This document shows positions 37,222-46,592 of a stretch of DNA of 62,897 bases, one piece after another. Each line of letters opens with the position of its first letter. Position 1 is the first letter of the stretch. Both the position numbers and the translations under genes were made by a program. The notes below the pieces were generated by a model. That model was not told the DNA's origin. It searched no databases and worked only from the letters and a program-made list of their open reading frames with translations. Source of the stretch: Candidatus Moraniibacteriota bacterium (GTDB lineage Bacteria; Patescibacteriota; Minisyncoccia; Moranbacterales; GCA-2747515); assembly GCA_030592425.1 (NCBI GenBank), contig JAUVJK010000001.1, forward strand, positions 1 to 62,897. Direction: 5' to 3'.

Positions 37222-38730
37222 CTATTTACGACGTGAGACCTTCACTGTTGCATTTAACCCCCTCTTTATAAGTTTGATAACCTTCTCTACAGCAATTGTC
37301 TCTTGTGTTCCGTTCATCATGTTCTTTACGATTACTGTACCATCCAATGCCTCCTTTTGTCCAATGATAAGCGTAATATCAACACCTAGCTTGTTTGCGT
37401 GACGCATCTGAGCCTTCAAAGCACCCCGACCAAAGCTCTCTGCAACAAGAATGCCATTTTTTTCCAATTCAGAAAAAAGGCAAAGACTTTTTTTCTTTCC
37501 TAGGTCACCAAGTTGTGCCAAATAAACACGTGGCTTTGGTGGCGTATATTCACGTGCTTTTACACGTTTCATCTCGATCACGAGACGATCCAAACCAATC
37601 CCAAAACCAATTGCTGGCGTTCGTTCGCCACCCAATGTCTCGATTAAGCCATCATAACGACCACCACCACCGAGAGAATGCCTTTTGCTTCCTTCTTCAC
37701 CAGACCAGATCTCAAAGACTGTGCGCGTATAATAATCAAAGCCTCGTACAAGTCGCGGGTTAATTACATATGGCAAATCCAATTCATCTAAATATTCTAA
37801 AAGATTTTTGAAATGTGTCCGTGATTCAGTATCAAGGTGATCAATCGATTGTGGCGCGCTTCCAGAGACTTGTGCACATTTATCTTCTTTACAATCCAAA
37901 ATACGCATTGGATTTGTTGTTAGTCGTGTACGACACGTCTGACACAATTTTCTTTTTTTCGATGTTAAATATGCTGTCAAAAGATTGACATATTCTTTGC
38001 GACATTCTGGTGTTCCAATGGAATTCACTTGAAACTGAATTTTTTTGAGACCAAGACCTGTAACAATACGATACGCTAGTTGAATGATCTGCGCATCAAG
38101 AATCGGGTCCTCTTCACCAAGAATGTCAAAATTCGCTTGCCAGTGCTCGCGATAACGACCTTCTTGCGGTCGATCGTAACGATAGAGCTGCCCTGTTGTA
38201 AAAAGTTTGATTGGCTTCGGCAATACATTCATACCATGTTGAATATATGCACGACCAACACTTGCTGTAAATTCTGGACGCAATGCAACATTATCATGAC
38301 CTTTCGTTTTGAATGTGTACATTTCCTTATCAACAATATCTGTCCCCTTCCCAATTGGACGCTCAAAAAGGTTCTGAAATTCAACAACTGGTGTGTCAAT
38401 CCGTTGAAAACCATATTCATTCTGTGCACGATCAAGAATACGACGAATCTGCTGCCAGTATGATTGTTCCCCTGGTAAAATGTCTCGCATTCCTCGCACC
38501 GTCTGTAAGATGAGCTCTTGTTCCATCTTTACTTCCTTTGGCGTTTCATTCTTTTTTTCAGCAGTAACCACATTCTTTTGTTGTAGCTTCTGCGCAGATT
38601 TTTTCTTTGTAGACTTTTTTACAATTTTCTTTTTATTTATTTTTTTTACAGGCTTTTTCTTCTTCGTCACAACTTTCTTTTTTGTAGCTCTCTTTGTAGC
38701 CACTTTCTTCCGTGATGTTTTCTTTACCAT
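37222..38730 (-). CDS. hisS: histidyl-tRNA synthetase with 68-aa Lys-rich N-terminal extension
   Basis: VRGMRDILPGE, ALRPEFTAS, YRYDRPQEGRYREHWQ, GGGGRYDGL. An alternative start at M69 (38526) would remove the extension. Confidence 0.92.
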   Translation of the reverse strand: MVKKTSRKKVATKRATKKKVVTKKKKPVKKINKKKIVKKSTKKKSAQKLQQKNVVTAEKKNETPKEVKMEQELILQTVRGMRDILPGEQSYWQQIRRILDRAQNEYGFQRIDTPVVEFQNLFERPIGKGTDIVDKEMYTFKTKGHDNVALRPEFTASVGRAYIQHGMNVLPKPIKLFTTGQLYRYDRPQEGRYREHWQANFDILGEEDPILDAQIIQLAYRIVTGLGLKKIQFQVNSIGTPECRKEYVNLLTAYLTSKKRKLCQTCRTRLTTNPMRILDCKEDKCAQVSGSAPQSIDHLDTESRTHFKNLLEYLDELDLPYVINPRLVRGFDYYTRTVFEIWSGEEGSKRHSLGGGGRYDGLIETLGGERTPAIGFGIGLDRLVIEMKRVKAREYTPPKPRVYLAQLGDLGKKKSLCLFSELEKNGILVAESFGRGALKAQMRHANKLGVDITLIIGQKEALDGTVIVKNMMNGTQETIAVEKVIKLIKRGLNATVKVSRRK

Positions 38731-38771
38731 AGCAATGATCTTAAAAAATAAAAATGTCTGTCATGATTAAC

Positions 38772-39548
38772 TTAGTAGAGTTGTATTTTTGTTACTGGCC
38801 ACGCACGAACAGCAACAGTACCAATAACCTTATCTTTATGTAATGGGCCCCATGAACGAGAATCGTTACTCGCACCTCGATTATCACCCAAGACATAATA
38901 TTCATCATTTTCCAATGTTACTGTGGGACAGGATTCATTGCCACCACAAAATGTTCGTCGCTCTGGTGGCAAATAAACTGACTCATCCATATAAGATCCT
39001 TCTGGTTGATCTTCGTTACTTACCTTCACCTTTCCATCTTCAATTGTTACAGATTCGCCAGGAAGCCCAATCACACGTTTAATATAAAATTCCTTTGAAT
39101 TTCCCGGGGCACGAAAAACAACCGCTGTCCCTCGCTCGATCTCTTTCCATGGCTCCGTTACAAAAAAGGGTTTTTCTGATGGCCCAATTACTGTCCTTTT
39201 ATAACCAGCCTCATTAACGATCAAATACTGTGCATTCTCAAAATTTGGCAACATGCTATTACCCTGGACAAAAAATGGTTGAAAAATAAAAAGACGAATT
39301 GGCACAATAATAATAAGTGCTAATGCAAAGATCTTCACAATTTCCACAATAAAATTCTTGACCGTTGCCTCACCCTCATTGTCAGAATTCGCTTTTGTTG
39401 TTTGTGATTTATTTTCTGAAGAGACCGAACCATCGACATTTAGGAATGATGAATTTGGTTCGTTCTTTTTTTTCTTTCCCGAACGCTCCGCTTGGATTCG
39501 CTTTGCTACATCTTCATCAGATTTGTTGAAAAATGGATTTTTTACCAT
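38772..39548 (-). CDS. lepB: signal peptidase I
   Basis: VQGNSMLPNF (Ser), YIKRVIGLPGE (Lys), GDNRGASNDSR. Confidence 0.93.
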   Translation of the reverse strand: MVKNPFFNKSDEDVAKRIQAERSGKKKKNEPNSSFLNVDGSVSSENKSQTTKANSDNEGEATVKNFIVEIVKIFALALIIIVPIRLFIFQPFFVQGNSMLPNFENAQYLIVNEAGYKRTVIGPSEKPFFVTEPWKEIERGTAVVFRAPGNSKEFYIKRVIGLPGESVTIEDGKVKVSNEDQPEGSYMDESVYLPPERRTFCGGNESCPTVTLENDEYYVLGDNRGASNDSRSWGPLHKDKVIGTVAVRAWPVTKIQLY

Positions 39549-39662
39549 GAATACGGTATTTATTTAAGTAAACATAGGCATTATAGCACGAAAATACCCA
39601 CTATGCAAGACCTCTTAACGAATATTTCTTAAAGCCTTCATATCCTCTTTACTCACACAATA

Positions 39663-39671
39663 TGGTACAAT
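39663..39671 (+). promoter_or_regulatory. candidate extended -10 promoter element for the LCP gene
   Basis: TGGTACAAT lies 23 nt upstream of the ATG at 39694; no good -35. Confidence 0.3.
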
Positions 39672-39693
39672 ACTCTCATAAAAGCAAAAGACT

Positions 39694-41289
39694 ATGGATA
39701 TCAAACGACCACACAATAAAAAGAAGGCTACAACGGGTAAGTATAACTTACGCCAGCCGAAACAGACAATCTCCCACGCCTATGAAGAGTCTATCAATAC
39801 ACCAGCAGTTGTACCGATTAAGGAGATCAAGCAACACAAAAGTATCTGGAGCTATCTTAAAAAGATACTCTTTTATTGTTTCATCCTCCTCCTTGTTACA
39901 CTTATCAGTGTCCTTCTCTATTTTACGTGGAAAACATTTTCCACACATTATCGAACAACACATGACGAAACGATTCTTCCAGCCGAACAAGATCGCCCAT
40001 TCGATGTTCCCTTTGAAGAATTTGCAATTGAATCCTCCACACTTGAAGAATACGATCGCATCAACATTCTTCTTCTCGGAAAAGCAAGCGAAGATTATCC
40101 TGGTACAGATCTGACAGATACAATCATGATCGCAAGTATCGACACTGTTGAAAAGAAAATTGCACTCTTTTCCCTACCACGAGATCTCTACGTCAATATT
40201 CCTAATACTGACTACTACACACGCATCAACTCTGTTTATCAATATGGCCTCTCAAATGAAAAAGGTGTTGAGCCACTCAAAGAAACAATTGAGGATATTA
40301 CTGGTCAAAAAATTCATTTCTATATCATCGCAGATTTTAATGGCTTCATTGATATTGTTGATTCTCTGAGTGGTATCAATGTCGATGTGCTCCGCGATGT
40401 TAAAGACACACGCTACCCTGGACCAAATCGGAGCTATCAAACATTCGAAATTGAAAAAGGCCTCCAAATTATGAGTGGAGAAACAGCTCTGAAATATGTA
40501 CGTTACCGCCATGGAGATCCAGAAGGTGATTTCGGACGCGCAAAACGCCAGCAGCAGGTACTTCAAGCATTGAAAAATCGTGCATTCTCTCTCAAAACGA
40601 TCTTCAATCCCTTTGCAATGAACGCACTTCTCACGTCCCTTGGTGATCATATCCGTACAGATATTTCAGCAACAGATATGACACACTTTGTAGCACTTAT
40701 CAAAAAACTTGATACACAAAATATTACAACTGTTGTCATCGATGCATGGAAGCCAGATAGTCTTCTACGTGTGATGCATGTGCAACATGGACCAATTCGC
40801 GCATTTGGGCTTATGCCGCGTACAGGCTCTTATACAGAAATTCGTGACCTCGCAGAAAATGTTTTTGACGTCGACAAGATCAAAAAACGGAGAGAAAAAG
40901 TTATCGCAGAAGATGCGAAAATTATTATTATCAATCAAAGTGATGTACCAGCACTAACAGCACGCACGCAGAAACTTCTTACAAAAGATCTCGGACTCAC
41001 AAACGTATCAGTCGCAACATCAGAGTTGTTAGGTATCGAAAATGAGACATTGATAATTGACTATAGCGATGGCAAAAAAGTATTTACAGCCGATGAAATC
41101 ATGCGCCAATTAGAAACAAAGCGTGAAGATCATAACGTCTATGCTGACAGCATTGAAAAAGAAGCGGATATTATTATCGTCATCGGAAGTGATCTCGAAG
41201 AGCAAATTCTCTATGAAGAAGCAACTGTCGATGATCTTAATGGAGCATCTGGCAATCAGCAGTATTTAGAAGTGATCAAAAAAAAATAA
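39694..41289 (+). CDS. LytR-CpsA-Psr (LCP) family cell-envelope phosphotransferase
   Basis: TM anchor, INILLLGKAS...TDTIMIASID...FSLPRDLYV, RYRHGDPEGDFGRAKRQQQVLQAL; C-terminal LytR_C-like region. Confidence 0.9.
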   Translation: MDIKRPHNKKKATTGKYNLRQPKQTISHAYEESINTPAVVPIKEIKQHKSIWSYLKKILFYCFILLLVTLISVLLYFTWKTFSTHYRTTHDETILPAEQDRPFDVPFEEFAIESSTLEEYDRINILLLGKASEDYPGTDLTDTIMIASIDTVEKKIALFSLPRDLYVNIPNTDYYTRINSVYQYGLSNEKGVEPLKETIEDITGQKIHFYIIADFNGFIDIVDSLSGINVDVLRDVKDTRYPGPNRSYQTFEIEKGLQIMSGETALKYVRYRHGDPEGDFGRAKRQQQVLQALKNRAFSLKTIFNPFAMNALLTSLGDHIRTDISATDMTHFVALIKKLDTQNITTVVIDAWKPDSLLRVMHVQHGPIRAFGLMPRTGSYTEIRDLAENVFDVDKIKKRREKVIAEDAKIIIINQSDVPALTARTQKLLTKDLGLTNVSVATSELLGIENETLIIDYSDGKKVFTADEIMRQLETKREDHNVYADSIEKEADIIIVIGSDLEEQILYEEATVDDLNGASGNQQYLEVIKKK

Positions 41290-41351
41290 CAACAGGCAAT
41301 TACTAATAGACTATTTTACGCCATTTCATTTTATGATTTAATAATAACTCT

Positions 41352-41888
41352 ATGAAAATCTACATCGGACTCGGAAATCCAGGCACACAATATATCTACA
41401 CACGACACAACGCAGGATTTCTTGCCGTTGATCATTTACGTAAACAGTATGATCTCTCTCCCTTTCGCTATGACAAAAAATACAATGCAGAAGTTACCGA
41501 AGGTATGATCAATAATGAAAAAGTACTTCTTATAAAACCACAAACATTTATGAATAGTTCAGGTACTTGCGTTCGTGCACTGATGGATTATTATAAATTA
41601 TCACCAGAAGATCTTATCGTTCTCCATGATGAGCTTGATCTCCCCTTTGGCACGATCAAAATCTCCGATGATTCTCGTGCAGCTGGTCATAATGGCGTTC
41701 AAAATATCATTGACCACCTCGAAACACAAACTTTCCGACGCATCCGTATCGGCGTCGATGCTCGAGATGAGATAATGCGTAAAAACATCAGTGGTCGCGA
41801 TTACGTTCTCCAGAAATTCTCTGTTAAAGAATTAGAAGATCTCCCACCTCTTTTTGAAAAGATCATAGAAAATACAAAAAAACTGTAG
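41352..41888 (+). CDS. pth: peptidyl-tRNA hydrolase
   Basis: IGLGNPGTQYIYTRHNAGF, ...HDELDLPFG..., GHNG. Confidence 0.96.
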   Translation: MKIYIGLGNPGTQYIYTRHNAGFLAVDHLRKQYDLSPFRYDKKYNAEVTEGMINNEKVLLIKPQTFMNSSGTCVRALMDYYKLSPEDLIVLHDELDLPFGTIKISDDSRAAGHNGVQNIIDHLETQTFRRIRIGVDARDEIMRKNISGRDYVLQKFSVKELEDLPPLFEKIIENTKKL

Positions 41889-41945
41889 CTATAAACAACT
41901 TCAAAAATATTTTCCCCTTAATTTCGAACTTTACATTCCTTCTAC

Positions 41946-41988
41946 ATAGAAGCCTCTATAGGGGCTACTATAGAGGCTTCTATTTTTT
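41946..41988 (+). terminator. very strong Rho-independent terminator abutting the dprA start codon
   Basis: Perfect 16-bp stem ATAGAAGCCTCTATAG / CTATAGAGGCTTCTAT, loop GGGCTA, T6, then immediately ATG (41989). Confidence 0.8.
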
Positions 41989-43086
41989 ATGCACGATCAC
42001 GCTTATCTTAATGCACTTAATCTTATCCCTGGTGTTGGTCCACAAAAATTACGCTTGATGATCACACATTGCACCACAGCAGAAATAGCTTGGCACGCAT
42101 CTCACAGCGATCTCGTGGAATCAGGATTATCTGATGCCCTTGCACAAACAGTTGTGCGAGAGCAATCCGCAATTGACGTTGTACGAGAATGGGAAAAATT
42201 AGAAAAAGAAAAAATGACACTTCTGACAATCACTGATCCAGATTTTCCAAAACTTCTCAAGAAAATTCCCAATCCACCATTTCTTCTTTATGTGCGAGGT
42301 AACAAAAAAGTATTACAAACACCTACCATTGCAATCGTTGGAGCGCGTAAATTTAGCACATACGGAAAACAAGCGTGTTACAAACTTGCCTTTGACCTCG
42401 CACAAGCTGGTATTACTGTTATTAGCGGCCTTGCTCTTGGCATTGATGCGATTGCTCACAGAAGTGCACTCGATGCGCACGGCGCGACGATTGGTGTACT
42501 TGGTGGCAGTATCGACGATCTGTCGATCACACCACGGAGCAATGTTGTGATTGCACGTGAGATCATCGATCACAGTGGTGCACTACTGAGTGAATACCCT
42601 GTGCCAACACAGCCGAGTAAAGGTACCTTCCCTGCTCGCAATCGCATCATGGCCGGTATGGCCTGTGCGACGCTCGTGATCGAAGCTGCTGAGCATTCTG
42701 GCACGCTCATCACAGCTAATCTTGCAACAAAGTTTGAACGAAAACTTTTTGCCGTGCCTGGTTCGATCTTTGCGCAACAATCTTATGGTACGCATAAGTT
42801 GATTGCCAGTGGTAATGCACAGATCGTCCAAAATGCACAACAGATCATTGACGATCTCGACCTCGCCAAAAATAATCAACCTGCACAAGAACGTACGATC
42901 ACAGCTGATTCTCCAGCAGAACAAGAGGTTCTTAATCTTCTCATGAAGAATACCGAAGGAATCTCCATTGACAGAATTATCAGAATCACTACACTAGATG
43001 CAACGGATGCAAGTAGCACACTGATTCTGATGGAGATGAAAGGTATGATCAAAAATATCGGTGGTCAAAAATATATCCTCCTGTAA
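41989..43086 (+). CDS. dprA: DNA processing protein DprA (Smf)
   Basis: IAIVGARKFSTYG, ISGLALGIDAIAHRSAL, AVPGSI; conserved dprA-topA synteny. Confidence 0.93.
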   Translation: MHDHAYLNALNLIPGVGPQKLRLMITHCTTAEIAWHASHSDLVESGLSDALAQTVVREQSAIDVVREWEKLEKEKMTLLTITDPDFPKLLKKIPNPPFLLYVRGNKKVLQTPTIAIVGARKFSTYGKQACYKLAFDLAQAGITVISGLALGIDAIAHRSALDAHGATIGVLGGSIDDLSITPRSNVVIAREIIDHSGALLSEYPVPTQPSKGTFPARNRIMAGMACATLVIEAAEHSGTLITANLATKFERKLFAVPGSIFAQQSYGTHKLIASGNAQIVQNAQQIIDDLDLAKNNQPAQERTITADSPAEQEVLNLLMKNTEGISIDRIIRITTLDATDASSTLILMEMKGMIKNIGGQKYILL

Positions 43087-43118
43087 AAAATAAAAAGATT
43101 ATTAATTATCACAATACT

Positions 43119-45326
43119 ATGAAGCTTCTCATTGTTGAGTCCCCAACCAAGACAACGACGATCAAAAAATATATTACGGACGGCAAGAACTACACGATCA
43201 AGGCGAGCGTGGGACATATTCGCGATCTTCCAAAATCAAACAAAGATGCTATCAACATCGAAAAAGATTTCAAGCCACACTACGTCATCTCTGAGGACAA
43301 ACAAGAAATCGTCGATGACCTCATCAAAAGCGCCAAGAAAGCATCCGAGATTCTCCTCGCGATGGACCCCGACCGTGAAGGAGAGGCAATCGCGTGGCAC
43401 GTTGCTGCTATCCTTGCTGATGCTGGTGTGCCGCGAAAAAAAATGAAGCGCATCGTTTTCCATGAGATCACAAAAGATGCAATCAACGAAGCACTTAAAC
43501 ATCCTCATCAGATCGACCAAAACCTTCGCCGCGCGCAAGAAGCGCGTCGCGTTCTTGATCGCCTTGTTGGTTATGATCTTTCTGGCATTATTTGGAAAAA
43601 AGTCCGTTACGGATTGAGTGCTGGTCGCGTGCAATCTCCCGCGCTACGAATCCTTGTTGAACGTGAAAAAGAGATCAAATCATTTGTCCCAGAACGTTAT
43701 TGGGCGCTCACAGCTAATGTCCTCACGCAAAAAAAAGATACTCTCACACTGGCGTGCAGAGAAGAACCTCGGGAAGAAAAAGAGATGAAACGTATCGTTA
43801 CAATGGGCAAAAAACACCCCTGGACGATCATTGATGCAAAAGAATCCACACAAAAACGAACACCTCGCCCACCTTTTACAACATCAACGCTCCAACAAAC
43901 AGCAAGCTCTCGATTTGGCTTCACGCCATCACGCACCATGCGAGCCGCACAGGGTCTCTACCAAGCTGGTAAGATCACCTACATGCGTACAGACTCAACC
44001 TTTCTCTCCAAAGAAGCGATGGTTGCGATCAAGAAATTCGTTACCGCAGAATATACAGCGAAACTCTACGAGTCACGCACATTTAAAACCAAAAGTAAAA
44101 ATGCGCAAGAGGCCCATGAGGCAATCCGCCCGTCACACGTCAAAACAGAAGTCGCAGGAAAATCAGCTGATCAGAAAAAACTCTATTTACTCATCCATGC
44201 ACGCACCATTGCCAGCCAAATGAAAGATGCACAATTGAAGAAAACAAGAGTGGCTGCTAATATCATTGGCGCAACAATTCCTGACTTTACTGTCGTTGGT
44301 TCGCGTGTCATATCTCCAGGATGGTTTCTCGCTGACCCTGCAGCAAAAAGTGAAGATACAAAAGTACCAGCTGTCACCAAAGGTGATCCTCTCAAACTTG
44401 TAAAGCTCGACACACAAGAAAAAGAAACACTCCCACTACCCCGCTACTCCGAAGCAGGACTTGTCAAAGAATTGGAAAAACGTGGCATTGGTCGGCCAAG
44501 TACATATGCATCAACGATCAAAACAATCCAAGATCGTGGCTATGTTGACAAAGAGGCGCGTGCACTCATCCCAACAGATACCGGTGAGGTCGTAAGCGAT
44601 TTCCTCAGTGAGCATTTTGCACAATACATCAGTGATGGCTTTACAGCAGAAATGGAAAACGAACTCGATGAGATTGCTCGTGGTGAACGTGAATATGCAA
44701 AAACACTCAAAGACTTTTATGAACCCTTTTCCAAAGATGTAAAAAGCAAAGAAAAGCTTGAAAAGGCAACTGATCTCGGTGATGCTGATCCAAAAATGAA
44801 GTGCCCAACATGTAAAGGTAAGATGATCATCAAACTCAGTAAAAATGGGAAGTTCCTGAGTTGTAAGAATTTTCCTGACTGTCAGGGCGCCCGTACTATG
44901 GAAGGTAAAGAACTCGAAGGACCAAAAGAAACCGGTGAGGCGTGTCCTGACTGCAAAGATGGCAAACTCGTTGAACGAGATGGTAAATTTGGACGTTTCA
45001 TCTCCTGTAGCAATTACCCAAAATGTAAATATATCAAAGAAGATCCAAAAGAGATTGCAAAGAAAAAAACAGGTGTGAAATGTCCCGCCTGCAACAAGGG
45101 TGAGATGATGGAACGCAATGGTCGCTTTGGTGTTTTCTATAGCTGTACAGAATATCCAGATTGCAAAAACGCAATCAAAGCAAAACCAACTGGTAAAAAA
45201 TGTAATTATAAAGTCGGCGCAAAAAAATGCGGCGCACTCATGATGCAAGGGACGAAAACCATCCCAGAAAGGTGTAGCGACAAAACATGTCCGAATCATC
45301 GTCCTGATAAGTTAGAAAAGAAGTAA
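43119..45326 (+). CDS. topA: DNA topoisomerase I
   Basis: Toprim MKLLIVESPTK, catalytic ITYMRTDS, four C-terminal CxxC...CxxC zinc ribbons. Confidence 0.98.
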   Translation: MKLLIVESPTKTTTIKKYITDGKNYTIKASVGHIRDLPKSNKDAINIEKDFKPHYVISEDKQEIVDDLIKSAKKASEILLAMDPDREGEAIAWHVAAILADAGVPRKKMKRIVFHEITKDAINEALKHPHQIDQNLRRAQEARRVLDRLVGYDLSGIIWKKVRYGLSAGRVQSPALRILVEREKEIKSFVPERYWALTANVLTQKKDTLTLACREEPREEKEMKRIVTMGKKHPWTIIDAKESTQKRTPRPPFTTSTLQQTASSRFGFTPSRTMRAAQGLYQAGKITYMRTDSTFLSKEAMVAIKKFVTAEYTAKLYESRTFKTKSKNAQEAHEAIRPSHVKTEVAGKSADQKKLYLLIHARTIASQMKDAQLKKTRVAANIIGATIPDFTVVGSRVISPGWFLADPAAKSEDTKVPAVTKGDPLKLVKLDTQEKETLPLPRYSEAGLVKELEKRGIGRPSTYASTIKTIQDRGYVDKEARALIPTDTGEVVSDFLSEHFAQYISDGFTAEMENELDEIARGEREYAKTLKDFYEPFSKDVKSKEKLEKATDLGDADPKMKCPTCKGKMIIKLSKNGKFLSCKNFPDCQGARTMEGKELEGPKETGEACPDCKDGKLVERDGKFGRFISCSNYPKCKYIKEDPKEIAKKKTGVKCPACNKGEMMERNGRFGVFYSCTEYPDCKNAIKAKPTGKKCNYKVGAKKCGALMMQGTKTIPERCSDKTCPNHRPDKLEKK

Positions 45327-45349
45327 ACCAGTCAGCCTTTGGCTGGGAA

Positions 45350-45430
45350 GGGACTAAAACGATTCCGGAGCGATGCTCAAATAAAACCTGTCCGAATCAT
45401 CGTCCTGATAAGTTAGAAAAGAAGAAATAA
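45350..45430 (+). repeat. out-of-frame second copy of the last 25 codons of topA
   Basis: Encodes GTKTIPERCSNKTCPNHRPDKLEKKK*, versus GTKTIPERCSDKTCPNHRPDKLEKK* at 45249-45326. The 3' 36 nt are identical; the 5' part differs almost only synonymously. Confidence 0.9.
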
Positions 45431-45466
45431 AAAAACTGTTATCTGACATGTTATGTCTTACAACAG
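45428..45466 (-). terminator. terminator for 45502..46029
   Basis: Two-part stem CTGTT..GACAT-GTT-ATGTC..AACAG, followed on the minus strand by TTTTTTTATTT. Confidence 0.5.
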
Positions 45467-45501
45467 CTTCGTCTAATGAAAGATTCTTATTTCGACTTTA
45501 A

Positions 45502-46029
45502 TTAGATTCGATACCACCCTTTTTCATCGCCACGCAGACGGAATAACAACCACGTTTTGATCTTTTTTGTACCACGATAGATCTTTGGTGAGATCACTGT
45601 GACATCGTGGGGGTCTAAACCATTCTCTCTTAGTTTTTTACGCAACTCCCACTCGGCATTCGATGTATCACAGGATGTTCCATAATAGTCTGAGAGACCC
45701 TTTTTAAATGCGACGCCAGGATAGACAGCATACTTAAGGAACCAGCCTAAAAAGAAAATAATAATAATGCTGGAGAATAGGATCAATGCGACAAAAGAAT
45801 GCATTAAAAGAGTCCAAATACCCCAAAAAGACAATATTATGAGGAGAAAAATTGCACAACCATAGATCATAGAGATTACATCCTCAAACTCTCCTGTATG
45901 ACGATAAATGAATTGACCAAAGACCGTCTTATGAGACATTTCGGATGCAATTGTAAGACACTCCTCTTCAGAGTACGGACCGACCGCATTCTCTGATAAA
46001 AAGCGTTGCAGTTCTACATTATTTGGCAT
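45502..46029 (-). CDS. hypothetical 2-TM membrane protein (family B)
   Basis: 175 aa: soluble N-domain, TM hairpin, C-domain with ..C..(E)LRKK..NGLDPHDVTVISP. Confidence 0.65.
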   Translation of the reverse strand: MPNNVELQRFLSENAVGPYSEEECLTIASEMSHKTVFGQFIYRHTGEFEDVISMIYGCAIFLLIILSFWGIWTLLMHSFVALILFSSIIIIFFLGWFLKYAVYPGVAFKKGLSDYYGTSCDTSNAEWELRKKLRENGLDPHDVTVISPKIYRGTKKIKTWLLFRLRGDEKGWYRI

Positions 46030-46519
46030 GTTACGAGCCTCTCTTCGTTATAGTAATGAAAATGATATTCTTCATTTCATGCTTTCGCACAAATGCCTGT
46101 GATGGAAAGAACAAATATCTACCTGATCGTTATTAACATCAAAGAACAGTACAGAGATCGTATAACACGTCCATCGTCTTGTCAAAACAAATGCCCTTCT
46201 TTAAAGATTTAGAGTAAAGAAAAAACGCACTCATTAGAATTATTAACGACGACGTTGTGTGCATTTATTTTTTTGCGAGATCATTGATAACGCATTCACG
46301 ATACCATAAATGACTATCTTCTGTGATCTGGACAAGAATCCCATACAATCCTCCACTACAAGGTATATTGAAATGTGGGCACGCGATGAGATAATCATCG
46401 CCAAAGCACAAACCTTGGTCCGCCTTCTCCTTTTTGTTAAAAAACAATTCATCAAACTAAACATTTGCAAGATATCATAATCATAAATTACAAACAAACA
46501 TTTCTGACTGAAATACTAC

Positions 46520-46559
46520 AAAAAAACGAGTCACGAATACCAATGGGTATAAGTGACTC
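46520..46559 (-). terminator. Rho-independent terminator
   Basis: GAGTCAC...GTGACTC with nested ATACC/GGTAT, followed on the minus strand by GTTTTTTT. Confidence 0.55.
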
Positions 46560-46592
46560 AAATTATCTTATTTGCATAGTTTGATTATTACT

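Noticed and set aside
44511-45299. 262-aa minus-strand ORF
   Set aside because: It is antisense to the zinc-ribbon region of topA, Phe/Cys-rich, and has no RBS, which marks it as a shadow ORF.
46243-46497. ORFs 46243..46497 (84 aa) and 46265..46447 (60 aa)
   Set aside because: They are mutually exclusive. One has an Arg-run and odd composition; the other has a TTG start. Neither has an RBS. The evidence is insufficient to call a CDS, so the region is flagged in the findings instead.
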